Source: Mobula hypostoma (taxonomy: Eukaryota). Taken from it: a DNA stretch of 64,000 nt. Each line of letters opens with the position of its first letter. The first letter of the stretch is position 1. Shown in pieces: positions 48,341-60,392 of the stretch. The notes below the pieces were generated by a model, which had not been told where the DNA came from, did no database searches, and was given only the letters and a program-made list of their open reading frames with translations. The stretch is taken from the NCBI RefSeq assembly GCF_963921235.1, contig NC_086097.1, forward strand, positions 204,540,001-204,604,000. Reading direction: 5' to 3'. A program made the position numbers and the translations under genes.

Positions 48341-49492
48341 TGTGAGGTTCAACTACAATGTTATTATTCAAAGTGCACCATTGTGTATTTAATATTTCAG
48401 TAATACTTGAGTCACAAACAAGAGAAAATCTGTGGATGCTGGAGAACCTCAGCAGACCAGGCAGCATCTATGGAAAGGAGTAATCTGTTGACATTTTGGG
48501 CCAAGACCCTACATCAGGACAATATTTGAGTCATATTGTAAATGTATTATTTTACTGAGCATTCTTTGTTGACTTAAATAATTCATTATGTAAGAAGTAC
48601 ATATGCGAATGACAAACGTCATTATGCCAGCCCGTCATATAGGAGCACTAAAAGTAAAACAGAATACACAAGTTATCCTAGGCTCCGTGTTTTTCTTTCT
48701 ATTAGTTTTGGAGTTACAAAACATAACAGTGGTGATGAATAAGTTTTAAAACAAATCCGAGACGACTACCTACCTGTTGAAGCACAGCATGTTTTTACTT
48801 CACAAGGGGGGAGAAAGAGACGCTCAAGTCCAAAAAAAAAAGTGCAGCACCTTTTGTTTCTTTGGAAGCACATCATCATTTTTGAGTTTTAAAAAAAGGC
48901 ATAAAATTGACAAAGTTAGTGTTCTCATATAAAGTAAGTACTGAGTGATAATAATAAATAAAAAAGCAGAACTGGCTGGCTACATTGGAAAGATAGACAC
49001 ATTTGATTGCACAACAGATAACTAGATTATGAATACTGAATGAATTGAGCAGTATTTTGAAGCAAATTAAATAGCCAATGCAAGGTGAATGCCAGTGTTG
49101 CTGATTGTAATAGGTAGAAAGGCATACTGTTTGCTTAGAAGTTTAACAGCTCCAATCAACACAACTGAAATGAGTTTGCTGATATCATAAAAGTAATGCA
49201 GGGACATTTAAAACCAAATCCACTGTTGAGTGCAGAATGCTTTGATTTATAAGTAGAATCAAAGGAAGAGTAGCCTATTTCAGTTTACGTGCGGTGATGG
49301 GCTTAATGATGTACTGAGAGATTGTTTATTTTGTGGAATTTTACTAAAAACATTAAAAATGGGTGCCTAATTGAAGGACAACTCACATTTAAAAGAACAG
49401 TTGAAATGGGCCTGAAAGGGATCATTTGAAATTTGCTATGCTGTGGAAGTCTATATTGTTTGATTAGGCATTCTTTGTTTGTTTAAATAATT
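48341..49492 (+). mobile_element. Gypsy (Mag-like) LTR + gag remnant
   Basis: TG...CA LTR 48341-48728, PBS-like tggtgatga at 48730; gag LAGYIGKIDTFD...IEQYFEAN...AY.LLRSLTAP from ~48972; partial LTR repeat at ~49450-49492. Confidence 0.7.
48415..48520 (-). mobile_element. Short PLE-tail insert with degenerate hammerhead, 13-bp TSD
   Basis: TSD aatacttgagtca / aatatttgagtca; minus strand reads gtcctgatgtagggtcttggcccaaaatgtcaac. Confidence 0.8.
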
Positions 49493-49499
49493 GAATGAA

Positions 49500-52400
49500 A
49501 CTTTGACAGGATGCAGACTTACTGGAGCTCTTTGAGGATATAATGAGCACAGTGGATAGAGAGGAAAAGATGGCTGTTATTTACTTGGATTTCCAGAAGA
49601 TGTTTGATAAGGTGCAACATAAAAGACTTATCCATAAGATAAGGATGCATAAAGTTGAAAATCAGTGGTGAGTGGTGTACCGCAGGTGCTGGTGGTCGGC
49701 CCTCAACTGTTCACAATATACATTAACAATCTAGAAGATGGGATTGAGTGTAGTGTATCTAAGTTTGCTGATGATACTAAATTAAGTGGAATAGCAAATT
49801 CTGCAGAAGATACTGTACATAGAGTAGGCAGAGAGATATAGATAGGTTAAGTGAGTGGGCAAGGGCTCTGGCAGATGGAGTACAATGTCGGTAAAAGCGA
49901 GGTCATCCGCTTTGGAAGGAAAGGTGAAAGAGCAAATTATTATTTAAGTGGTAAAAAATTTCAGCACACTGCTGTGCAGAGGGACTTGGAAGTACTTGTG
50001 CATGAATCACAAAAGGTTGGTTTGCAGGTGCAACAGGCTATCAAGAATGTAAATGGAATGTTGGCCTTCATTGCTAGAGGGATTGAATTTAGGAGCAGGG
50101 AGGTTATGTCGCAACTGTGCAGGGTACTGGTGAGGCTGCACCTGGAGTACTGCATGAAGTTCTGGTCTCCTTACTCGAAGAAGGATATACTGGCTTTGGA
50201 GGTTGATTCCAGAGATGAGGGGGTTAGACTATGAGGAGAGATTGAGTCACCTGGGACTGTAGTCAATAGTATTCAGAAGAATGAGAGGAGGTCTTATAGA
50301 AACATATCAATTTATGAAAGGGATACATAAGATAGAGGCAGGAAAGTTGTTTCCACTGGTAGGTGCCACTAAAACTAGGGTACATAGCCTCAAGGTTCAG
50401 GGGAGTAGATTTAGGACAGAGATGAGGGGGAACTAATTTTCCCAGAGAGTGGTGAATCTATGGAATTCTCTGTCCAATGAATTGAATGTGCAGATAGTTA
50501 TTAATGGATATGATATAGTTGGGATCACAAAGACATGGCTCCAGGGTGACCAAGGATGGGAGCTCAACATTCAGGGATATTCAATATTCACGAGGGATAG
50601 ACATGAAAGAAAAGGAGGTGGGGTAGCGTTGCTGGTTAGAGAGGAGATTAACGCAATAGAAAGGAAGGACATTAGCCTGGAGGATGTGGAGTCGATATGG
50701 GTAGAGCTGCATAACACTAAGGGGCAGAAAATGCTGGTGGGAGTTGTGTACAGGCCACCTAACAGTAGTAGTGAGGTTGGGGATGGCATTAAACAGGAAA
50801 TTAGAAATGCATGCGATAAAGAAACAGCAGTTATAATGGGTGACTTCAGTCTACATATAGATTTGGGTGAACCAAATTGGTAAGGCTGCTGAGGAAGAGG
50901 ATTTCTTGGAATGTATGTGGGATGGTTTTCTGAACCAACATTTCGAGGAACCAACTAGAGAGCAGACCATTCTAGACTGGGTATTGAGCAATGAGGAAGG
51001 GTTAGTTAGCAATCTTGTCGTGCGAGGCCCCTTAGGTAAGAGTGACCATAATATGGTGGAATTCTTCATTAAGATGGAGAGTGACATAGTTAATTCAGAA
51101 ATAAAGGTTCTGAACTTAAAGAAGGGTAACTTTGAAGGTATGAGACATGAATTAGCTAAGATAGGCTGGCAAATGATACTTAAAGGGTTGACAATGGATA
51201 TGCAATGGCAAGCATTTAAAGATCGCGTGGATGAACTACAGCAATTGTTCATCCCAGTTTGGCAAAAGAATAAACTACGGAAGGTAGTGCACCCATGGCT
51301 GACAAGGGAAATTAGGGATAGCATCGGTTCCAAAGAAGAGACATACAAATTAGCCAGAAAAAGTGGCACACCTGAGGACTGGGAGAAATTCAGAGTCCAG
51401 CAGAGGAGGACAAAGGGCTTAATTAGGAAAGGGAAAATGATTATGAGAGAAAGCTGGCAGGGAACATAAAAACTGACTGTAAAAGCTTTTATAGATATGT
51501 GAAAAGAAAAAGATTGGTTAAGACAAATGCAGGTCCCTTACAGTCAGAAACAGGTGAATTGATCATGGGGAACAAGGACATGGCAGACCAATTGAATAAC
51601 TACTTTAGTTCTGTCTTCACTAAGGAGGACATAAATAATCTTCCGGAAATAGTAGGGGACCGAGGGTCTAGTGAGATGGAGGAACTGAGGGAAATACATG
51701 TTAGTAGGGAAGTGGTGTTAGGTAAATTGAAGGGATTAAAGGCAGATAAATCCCTAGGGCCAGATGGTCTGCATCCCAAAGTTCTTAAGGAAGTAGCCCA
51801 AGAAATAGTGGATGCATTAATGATAATTTTTCAAAACTCATTAGATTCTGGACTAGTTCCTGAGGATTGGAGGGTGGCTAATGTAACCCTACTTTTTAAA
51901 AAAAGGAGGGAGAGAGAAACCGGAGAATTACAGACCGGTTAGCCTGACATTGGTGTTGGGGAAAATGCTAGAGTCAGTTATCAAAGATGTGATAACAGCA
52001 CATTTGGAAAGCAGTGAAATCATCCGACAAAGTCAGCATAGATTTGTGAAAGGAAAATCATGTCTGAAGAATCTTATAGAATTTTTTGAGGATGTAACTA
52101 GTAGAGTGGATAGGGGAGAACCAGTGGATGTGGTACATTTGGATTTTCAAAAGGCTTTTGACAAGGTCCCACACAGGTGATTAGTGTGCAAACTTAAAGC
52201 ACACGGTATTGGAGGTAAGGTATTGATGTGGATAGAGAATTGGTTAGCAGACAGGAAGCAAAGAGTGGGAATAAACGGGACCTTTTCAGAATGGCAGGCA
52301 GTGACTAGTGGGGTACCGCAAGGCTTAGTGCTGGGACCCCAGTTGTTTACAATATATATTAATGATTTAGATGAGGGAATTAAATGCAGCATCTCCAAGT

Positions 52401-53525
52401 TTGTGGATGACATGAAGCTGGGCAACAGTGTTAGCTGTGAGGAGGATGCTAAGAGGATGCAGGGTTACTTGGATAGGTTAGGTGAGTGGGCAAATTCATG
52501 GCAGATGCAATTTAATGTGGATAAATGTGAGGTTATCTACTTTGGTGGCAAGAACAGGAAAAAATATTATTATCTGAATGGTGGCTGATTAGGAAAAGGG
52601 GAGATGCAATGAGACCTGGGTGTCATTGTACACCAGTCATTGAAAGTGGGCATGCAGGTACAGCAGGCGGTGAAAAAGGCGAATGGTATGCTGGCATTCA
52701 TAGTAAGAGGATTCAAATACAGGAGCAGGGAAGTTCTGCTGCTATTGTACAAGGCCTTGGTGGGACCACACCTGGAGTATTGTTTTGGTCCCCTAATCTG
52801 AGGAAAGACATTCTTGCCATAGAGGGAGTACAAAGAAGGTTCACCAGATTGATTCCTGGGATGGCAGGACTTTCATATGAAGAAAGACTGGATTGACTAG
52901 GCTTATACTCGCTGGAATTTAGAAGATTGAGGGGGGATCTTATTGAAACGTATAAAATTCTGAAGGGATTGGACAGGCTAGATGCAGGAAGATTGTTTCT
53001 GATGTTGGGGAAGTCCAGAACGAGGGGTCACAGTTTAAGGATAAAGGGGAAGCCTTTTTGGACTGAGATGAGGACAAACTTCTTCACACAGAGAGTGGTG
53101 AATCTGTGGAATTCTCTGCCACAGGAAACAATTGAGGCCAGTTCATTGGCTATATTTAAGAGGGAGTTAGATATGGCCCTTGTGGCTAAAGGGATCAGGG
53201 GGTATGGAGGGAAGGCTGGTACAGGGTTCTGAGTTGGATGATCAGCCATGATAACACTGAATAGCGGTGCAGGCTTGATGGGGTGAATGGCCTACTCCTG
53301 CACCTATTTACTGTGTTTCTATGTTTCTATGAAGCAGTGAAGGCTACTTCAGTAAATATATTTAAGACAAGGTTGAATAGATATTTGCATAGTAGGGGAA
53401 TTAAGGGTTATGGGGAAAAGGCAGGTAGGTGGAGATGAGTCCATGGCCAGATCAGCCATGATCTTATTAAATGACAGAGCAGGCTCGATGGGCCAGATGG
53501 CCTACTCCTGCTCTTATTTCTTATG
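49500..53525 (+). mobile_element. Old CR1 RT/3' part split by a younger CR1 (pieces 49500-50476 and 53331-53525)
   Basis: YLDFQK.FDKV, KFADDTKL; RVVNLWNSL at 50447 continues as gaagcagtgaaggct at 53331. Confidence 0.85.
50477..53330 (+). mobile_element. 5'-truncated CR1 ORF2, same subfamily as the intact 58631-63502 element, with stops/frameshifts
   Basis: Near-collinear with 60642-63502; tail tgtttctatgtttctat. Confidence 0.95.
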
Positions 53526-54415
53526 TAAAGAAGTAGCAGATAGTGTTCAGTCTGGAGAAGTGTGAAGCGATGCACTTTTGGAAGTTTGAATTTGCAGGCA
53601 GAACACAAAATTAATGGTAGGATTCTGGACAGTGTGGAGCAACAGAAGGATCTTGGGTCTAAGTCCATACATCCTTCAAAGTTGCTGCACGAGTCGATAG
53701 GGCAGTTAAGAAAGTGTAGGATCTGTTAGCCTTCATTAGTTGGGGACTGAGTTCAAGAGCCATGAGGGAATGTTGTAGCTCTATGCAACTCTGGAATATT
53801 ACCTTGAAGAAGGACCATGGCCCAAAAAGTCAACTGTTTATTGATTTCCATAGATGCTGCCTGATGTGCTGAGTTCCTCCAGCATCTTGTTTGTATTGCT
53901 CTGCAATATTGTGTTTATTTCTGGTCACCTCATTATAGATAGGATGTGGAAGTTTTAGAGAGAGTGTGAATGCTGCCCTGGCTAGAGGAGGTGTTATGAG
54001 GAAAGATTGAAAGAGGTAAGGCTTTTTCTTTTTGGAGCAAAGGAGGGTGAGAAGTGGCTTCCTAGAGGCATATAAAATGATAAGAGGCATAGACAGAGTA
54101 GACATCTAGCACGTATTCCTCTGGGTGGCAATGCCTAATATGGGAGGGCATAATTTTAAGGTGATTGGAGGAAAGTATATGGGGATGTCTTACCTCCGTT
54201 TATATTTTTTATAAACAGAGAGTGGTAAGTGTATTGAACACACTGCCTTGTTGGTGCTAGAGGGGGATAAATTAGGGGCTCTTAAATAAGCACATGGGTG
54301 AAAAAATATGGAGGGTCATGCATGAGGAAAGGGTTAGATTGATCTTGGAGTAGGTTAAAAGTTTGGCATAACAACATGGGCTGAAGGGACAGTACTGTTC
54401 TACGTTTCATGTTCT
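53526..54415 (+). mobile_element. Old CR1 3' fragment
   Basis: EKCE.MHFG, EQKDLG, 3' UTR gggctgaaggg...tgttctacgtttcatgttctat. Confidence 0.75.
53801..53898 (+). mobile_element. Short PLE-tail insert, 12-bp TSD
   Basis: TSD ctctggaatatt / ctctgcaatatt; ttgaagaaggaccatggcccaaaaagtc is a degenerate HHR. Confidence 0.75.
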
Positions 54416-55461
54416 ATAAAAGAACTACAAATTAACACATTGATGACCAGCTAGTCTGAATAACGTGAACCAGCCGTACTGAGCAAAGAAATGAAAGAAA
54501 AATGCAACTCATCTAAATGCAGTTACTGTTCATATCTGTACACAACGTTAGAGTGTGCACATGGAGAAATGGTACAGAAATGAAATTACTGTAGGAATGA
54601 ATAACTGTATGCATAAAACAGGAAAAGTAAATTTGGAAAAAAAATCACTCCCAAAAATGTAATTTCTATGCAATTTTGTACTACATGTGCTATGATTTTT
54701 TTTTTGCTTTGCAATAATAAGTTCTTGGAGTCAGCAATAATGAGCTGGTAATATTCCATATATCTTATCTTAATAATCCAATTAGATCCTTTGTGGCAAA
54801 ATAGAACAACACCATACACTGCATCTTCAGTGTTGGTGATTGCGTGGGTAGCTCTTGCAGTGAAAACACTATATACATGCCAATCACATAGAAAGGTATA
54901 CAAAACGATTATAGTTTTAGATCACATTATTCTTATTAATGTTGCATATTAGGTACAAGAATGAAATAAACAGTAATGTAGAAAATAACATTAAAATTGT
55001 ATTCGGGTTAAATTGCATGCTGGTATTTTGTGTTAGTGAATGAAATGACTCTCATATTGTTAGATCATGAATGGGAGTGATATCAAGCTCCTAACAAATG
55101 CAAAACAAGATTGAGAATTTGTCCTGAGTTATTTTATAATACCTAAACCCTGCTTCACAGTGCCAAACTATGTGAAGCAAATAAAAAGAATATGGATAGA
55201 AATTCAAGCTGATAGAGAAGGTATTCAAATCAGAAGCTCCGTTTACAGGGTCTGGCTATTACTGGCAAGACCAGCATTTATGGCCCCCTCCAGAATTGCA
55301 GTCTTATTGTTGAAGGTACTCATGCAACAGAGTGGCCTTTTGACTACTTCAGTGGGCATTTAAGCATCCACTAATTTGTATAGAGCGGCAGTGGATTTAC
55401 ACATAGGCCAGTGCAGATAAGGATGTCTAATTTTCTTTAAAGGACATTAGTACATTAGAGA

Positions 55462-57195
55462 CTTAGATGCGGAATCTGGAGTGATAATAAAAAAATTACT
55501 GGAGGAATTTTCTCCCACACCATCACCAACCATATTAACTCTGGGAATCTCCCATCCATTGCCATCAACCTCATAGATCCCTTATCCTGCACCTCCCACT
55601 TCTACTTCCTACCGAAGATCCATGAATCTGCTTGTCCAAGTAGACCCATTGTTCCTGCTTGTTCCTGCCCCACTGAACTTATATCTGCATACCGCGACTC
55701 AGTTTTATCAACCCTGGTTCAGCCCCTTCCTACCTACCCATGGACACTGGCAAGGGTCCCAGCTATGCCTGCCTTTTAGTCAGCTACGTGGAACTCTGTA
55801 TGTTCCAAGCTTACACTGGTATCAGTCTTACACTACATCGATGACTGCATTGGTGCTGCTTCCTGCACCCATGTGGAACTCTTCAACTTCATCAACTTTG
55901 CCTCCAACTTCCACCCAGTACTCAAATTTACCTGGTCCATTTCTGACACCTCCCTCCCCTTTCTCAATCTGACTGTCTCCTTCGCTGGAGACAGCTTATC
56001 TAGTGATGTCTATTATAAACCCATATACTCCCACAGCTACCTGGACTATACTTCTTGCCACCCTGTTATTTGTAAAAACACCATCCCCTTCTCTCAATTC
56101 CTCTGTCTCGCTGCACCTACTCTCAGGATACTTTATATTCCAGTGCAAAGGAGATGTCCTCCTTCTTCAAAGAAAGGGGCTTCCCTTCTTCCGCCATCAA
56201 CACTGCCCTCAGCGGCATCTCTTCCATTCCATACACATCTGCCCTCACCCCATCCTCCCACCACCCTACCAGAGATAGGGTTCCTCTTGTCTTCATCTAC
56301 CACCTTACTAGCCTCCTCATCCGGCACATAATTCTGTGTAACTTCTGCTATCTCCAAAGGGGTCCCACCACCTCACATAACTTTCCCTCACCCTCTACTT
56401 TCTAATTTCTGCAGGGATCGCTCCCAACACAACTCCCTTGTCCATTCGTCTCTCTCCCTCCTGGCACTTATCATTGCAAGTGAAACGAGTGCTACACTTC
56501 CCCCTTTACCTCCCCCCTCACTACCAATCAGGGATGCAAACAGTCCTTCCAGGTAAGGGTACACTTTACCTGTGAGTCTGTTGGGGTCTTCTACTGTATG
56601 TGGTGCTGCTGGTGTGGCTTCCTGTATATCAGTGAAACCCGACATAGGTTGTGAGACCGCTTCACCAAGCACCTACGCCAAAAAAAGCAGGATCTTCCAG
56701 TGGCCACCCATTTTAATTCCACTTCCTATTCCCATTCCGACATGTTAGTCCATGGCTTCCTCTACTGTCAAATAAGGTCACACTCAGGTTGGAGAAGCAA
56801 CATCTTATATTCCGTTTGGGTAACCTCCAACCTGATGGCATGAACATTGATTTCTTGAACTTCCGGTAATGCCTCCCACCCCCCCACCATTTCATTATTC
56901 CACATTCCCATTCCCATTTCCCTCTCTCACCTGATCTCCTTACCTGCCCATCACCTCCTTCTTCTCCCCCGTTCTTTCTTGCATTGTCTTCTGACCTCTC
57001 TGATCAGATTCTCCCTTCTCCAGCCCTGTATCTCTTTCACCAATCAACTTCCAGCTCTTTACTTCACCACTGCCACACCCACACTTGTTCCCCCCCCCCC
57101 ACCCCCGACCTTCTTACTCTGACCCCTCATCTTATTTTCTCCGGTCCTGATGAAGGGTCTTGGCTGGAAATCTTTTCCTTAGGTGTTGCCTGACA
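55462..57195 (+). mobile_element. Penelope-like element (RT + GIY-YIG), degraded
   Basis: FYFLPKIH (~55600), GPSYACL...YVE, YIDD (~55833), FL.L, VYYKP..SHSYLDY.S.HP, LYI.ET...L..RF..H (~56622), PVATHFNST...LEKQHLIFRLG; HHR-like ctgatgaagggtcttggctggaaa at 57147. Confidence 0.88.
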
Positions 57196-58013
57196 TACTG
57201 TCATGTTTGCGTATGGAGGGGTTTACCTGGCTAAGCAGCATATGTGAAGTGAGGTAGGATGGGTGGAGGAGGGAGGAATTGCTGAAATTTTTGATCAATG
57301 TCCTTCCCCCACCCCAACCCACAGTTGCTTCTTAACATAATGTTTTTACCTTGCATTTGTAAACCAGATGGATTTGCAAAATGACATGGCACATTTTGAG
57401 GTCATATGTACTAATGATTTGGTTACTTTTCCTAAATTCCAGGCTATTAACTGAATTTAAATCCCAAGTCTATTGTGATTTGAACTGAACTCTTAGCTCT
57501 GCATTGTTAGTTTAGGTTTTTAACTTGCAGATAACAAGAAATGATTGGGAGGTTATTAATATGAAACAAAATACACTCATAGGACCACTGTTTTCAATTA
57601 ATGGTGAACAAGCCATGCTCACAGAGAGTTCTCATCAGAAATAATGCCTGCAGTGCGTTGTTCACCAGATGAATATTCAGAGGATGCTGAGAAACAGCTT
57701 CCCAACAGGTGGATAGCCCAATGGTTTGCCTGGAGCTCCAAGCTCCTCTTAGGGTGCTAAAATCTGCATTTTTAGCAATGAAGCAATTGCTAATAATCAT
57801 GACAGAATGATATAGAGTCCATTTTGAAAATGAATTTGAGAAGAGCTTAGTCATTAAAATGTTGAGCTAACAAATTCATTTGAGCAGTGCAAGTGTCGGT
57901 CTTCCATCGACCTTCAGTGTTCAATAAAAGGAAATTACCCGACTCCACCTCCAGACAAGATTTTGGATATCCAAAATCATCATTCTGAGTCTCTAAATCA
58001 AACTACTGAAAAA

Positions 58014-58092
58014 GGTGCCATGGTAACGTAACAGTTAGTGTAACACTATTGCAGCTCAGAGCGTCAGAATTCCGAGTTTAATTCCAGTGTCC
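58014..58092 (+). mobile_element. tRNA-derived SINE head (possibly HE1-like)
   Basis: ggtgccatggtaacgtaacagttagtg (A-box-like) and gagtttaattcc (B-box-like). Confidence 0.45.
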
Positions 58093-58630
58093 TGTTGTGG
58101 GGGTTGTGGACATCACTGAGTCGTGGCTGAAAGAAGGCCAGAGTTGGGAGCTTAACATCAAAGGATACACTTTGTATCAAAAGGACAGGCAGGAAGGCAT
58201 AGGCGGTGGTGTGGCTCTGTTGGTAAGAGATGGAATTACATCTTTATATAGAGATGACATAGGGTCAGAGAATGTTGAAACTTTGTGGGTGAAGTTAAGA
58301 AAATGCAAGGGTGAAAAAATAAATTATGGAAATCAATTATATAGGCCTCCAAATAGTAGCCAAGATGTAGGGATGAGATTTCAAAGAGAGCTGGAAAAGG
58401 CATGTAATAAGGGTAATGACACAATGGAGGACTTCAATATGCAAGGGGATTGGGAAAATCAAATTGGTGCTGGATTGCAAGAGAGGGAATTTATTGAATG
58501 CCTGTGAAATGGCTTTTTAGAGTAGACTGTGCTTGAGCCTATGCAGGGAAAGGTTATCTTAGATTTGGGTGTTGTCTAATACCCCAGATCTTTTAGGGAG
58601 CTTAATATAAAGGAACGCTGAGGAGACAGT

Positions 58631-59293
58631 GATTCGAAGAAGGAGTCTGAGAGTCTGAGTGGGAGTGCCGAAAAAGAGATTTTTGAAATTTTCGTTATTT
58701 TTTTTTCTCCAACGGCTTTCTGAGAGGCGGGACTGCGCAGGCGTGTGACGTCGGGCAGTGCAGCGCGGCAGATTTAAAAGGGCAGACATCCTGCTTCGGA
58801 TTTGATTCGAAGAAGGAGTCTGAGAGTCTGAGTGGGAGTGCCGAAAAAGAGATTTTTGAAATTTTCGTTATTTTTTTTTTCTCCAACGGCTTTCTGAGAG
58901 GCGGGACTGCGCAGGCGTGTGACGTCGGGCAGTGCAGCGCGGCAGATTTAAAAGGGCAGACATCCTGCTTCGGATTTGATTCGAAGAAGGAGTCTGAGAG
59001 TCTGAGTGGGAGTGCCGAAAAAGAGATTTTTGAAATTTTCGTTTTTTTTTTTTCTCCAACGGCTTTCTGAGAGGCGGGACTGCGCAGGCGTGTGACGTCG
59101 GGCAGTGCAGCGCGGCAGATTTAAAAGGGCAGACATCCTGCTTCGGATTTGATTCGAAGAAGGAGTCTGAGTGGGAGTGCCGAAAAAGAGATTTTTGAAA
59201 TTTTCGTTATTTTTTTTTTCTCCAGCGGCTTTCTGAGAGGCGGGACTGCGCAGGCGTGTGACGTCGGGCAGTGCAGCGCGGCAGATTTAAAAG
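58631..59293 (+). repeat. Tandem 5'UTR monomers (~173 bp x 3.8)
   Basis: gattcgaagaagg starts at 58631, 58804, 58978 and 59151; copies differ mainly in poly-T length and an 8-bp indel. Confidence 0.97.
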
Positions 59294-59393
59294 GAACAGA
59301 GCCTCAGAGAGCGGGCAGCGTAGTTTGCGGGCGGCGGAGTGAGCCGGGAGCAGAGTGAAGACTTAAGGGCTTCGGCTCAACGGGCTTAGGCGG

Positions 59394-60392
59394 ATGCGGG
59401 CGAGGCGAGGAAGGTTTGACATTCATTTTCTGTTGCTATTTGAGGAGAGGGGCATTATGACTGTGAGGGCAGTTTGCTGTTCTCGGTGTCGGATGTGGGA
59501 GGCCCTGGAGTCTCCAAGCCTCCCGGACGTCTACATCTGCGCCAAGTGCATCGAGATGCAGCTCCTAAGGGACCGCGTTACGGAACTGGAGCTGCAGCTC
59601 GATGACCTTCGTCTGGTCAGGGAGAGTGAGGAGGTGATAGAGAAGAGTGGAAGGCAGGTGGTCACGCCGGGGCCACGGGAGGCAGACAAGTGGGTCACGG
59701 TTAGGAGGGGGAAGGGGAAAAGGAAGGTGATGGGGAGTACCCCGGCGGCTGTGCCCCTTAACAACAGGTACTCCTATTTGAGTACTGTTGGGGGGGACAG
59801 CTTACCCGGGGGAAGCGACAGTGGCCCTGCCTCCGGCACAGAGTCTGGCCCTGTAGCTCAGAAGGGTAGGGCAAGGAAGAGGAGGGCAGTTGTGATAGGG
59901 GACTCGATAGTAAGGGGGTCAGATAGGCGATTCTGTGGACGCAGCCCAGAGACTCGGATGGTAGTTTGCCTCCCTGGTGCCAGGGTCCGGGATATTTCTG
60001 ATCGTGTCCAAGATATCCTGAAGTGGGAGGGTGAAGAGCCAGAGGTCCTGGTACATATAGGTACCAATGACATAGGTAGGAAAAGGGATGAGGTCCTGAA
60101 AGAAGAATATAGGGAGCTAGGAAGGGAGTTGAGAAAAAGGACCGCAAAGGTAGTAATCTCGGGATTACTGCCTGTGCCACGCGACAGTGAGAGTAGGAAT
60201 GCGATGAGGTGGAGGATAAATGCGTGGCTGAGGGATTGGAGCAGGGGGCAGGGATTCAAGTTTTTGGATCATTGGGACCTCTTTTGGCGCAGGTGTGACC
60301 TGTACAAAAAGGACGGGTTACACTTAAATCCTCGGGGGACCAATATCCTGGCAGGGAGATTAGCGGGGGCTACTGAGGTGACTTTAAACTAG
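59394..60392 (+). CDS. CR1 ORF1 protein (Zn finger, coiled coil, SGNH/GDSL esterase-like domain)
   Basis: CCSRC...CAKC; LRDRVTELELQLDDL; GDS, HIGTND, DGLH; alternative start at 59457. Confidence 0.93.
   Translation: MRARRGRFDIHFLLLFEERGIMTVRAVCCSRCRMWEALESPSLPDVYICAKCIEMQLLRDRVTELELQLDDLRLVRESEEVIEKSGRQVVTPGPREADKWVTVRRGKGKRKVMGSTPAAVPLNNRYSYLSTVGGDSLPGGSDSGPASGTESGPVAQKGRARKRRAVVIGDSIVRGSDRRFCGRSPETRMVVCLPGARVRDISDRVQDILKWEGEEPEVLVHIGTNDIGRKRDEVLKEEYRELGRELRKRTAKVVISGLLPVPRDSESRNAMRWRINAWLRDWSRGQGFKFLDHWDLFWRRCDLYKKDGLHLNPRGTNILAGRLAGATEVTLN
60383..60389 (+). promoter_or_regulatory. Candidate -1 ribosomal frameshift slippery site T_TTA_AAC
   Basis: acT TTA AAC TAG in the ORF1 frame; ORF2 is the -1 frame; the same heptamer is at 47253-47259 (-). 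Confidence 0.65.

Noticed and set aside
54586..54903. 105-aa minus-strand ORF
   Set aside because: AT-rich with no recognisable domain; compatible with chance
58631..59293. Tandem array as CRISPR or satellite
   Set aside because: Units are wholly repeated with no unique spacers and run directly into the CR1 ORF1 leader; the context is eukaryotic
59394..60392. Host GDSL/SGNH esterase gene
   Set aside because: It is the ORF1 of a CR1 element, and homologous copies occur in several other CR1s in the window
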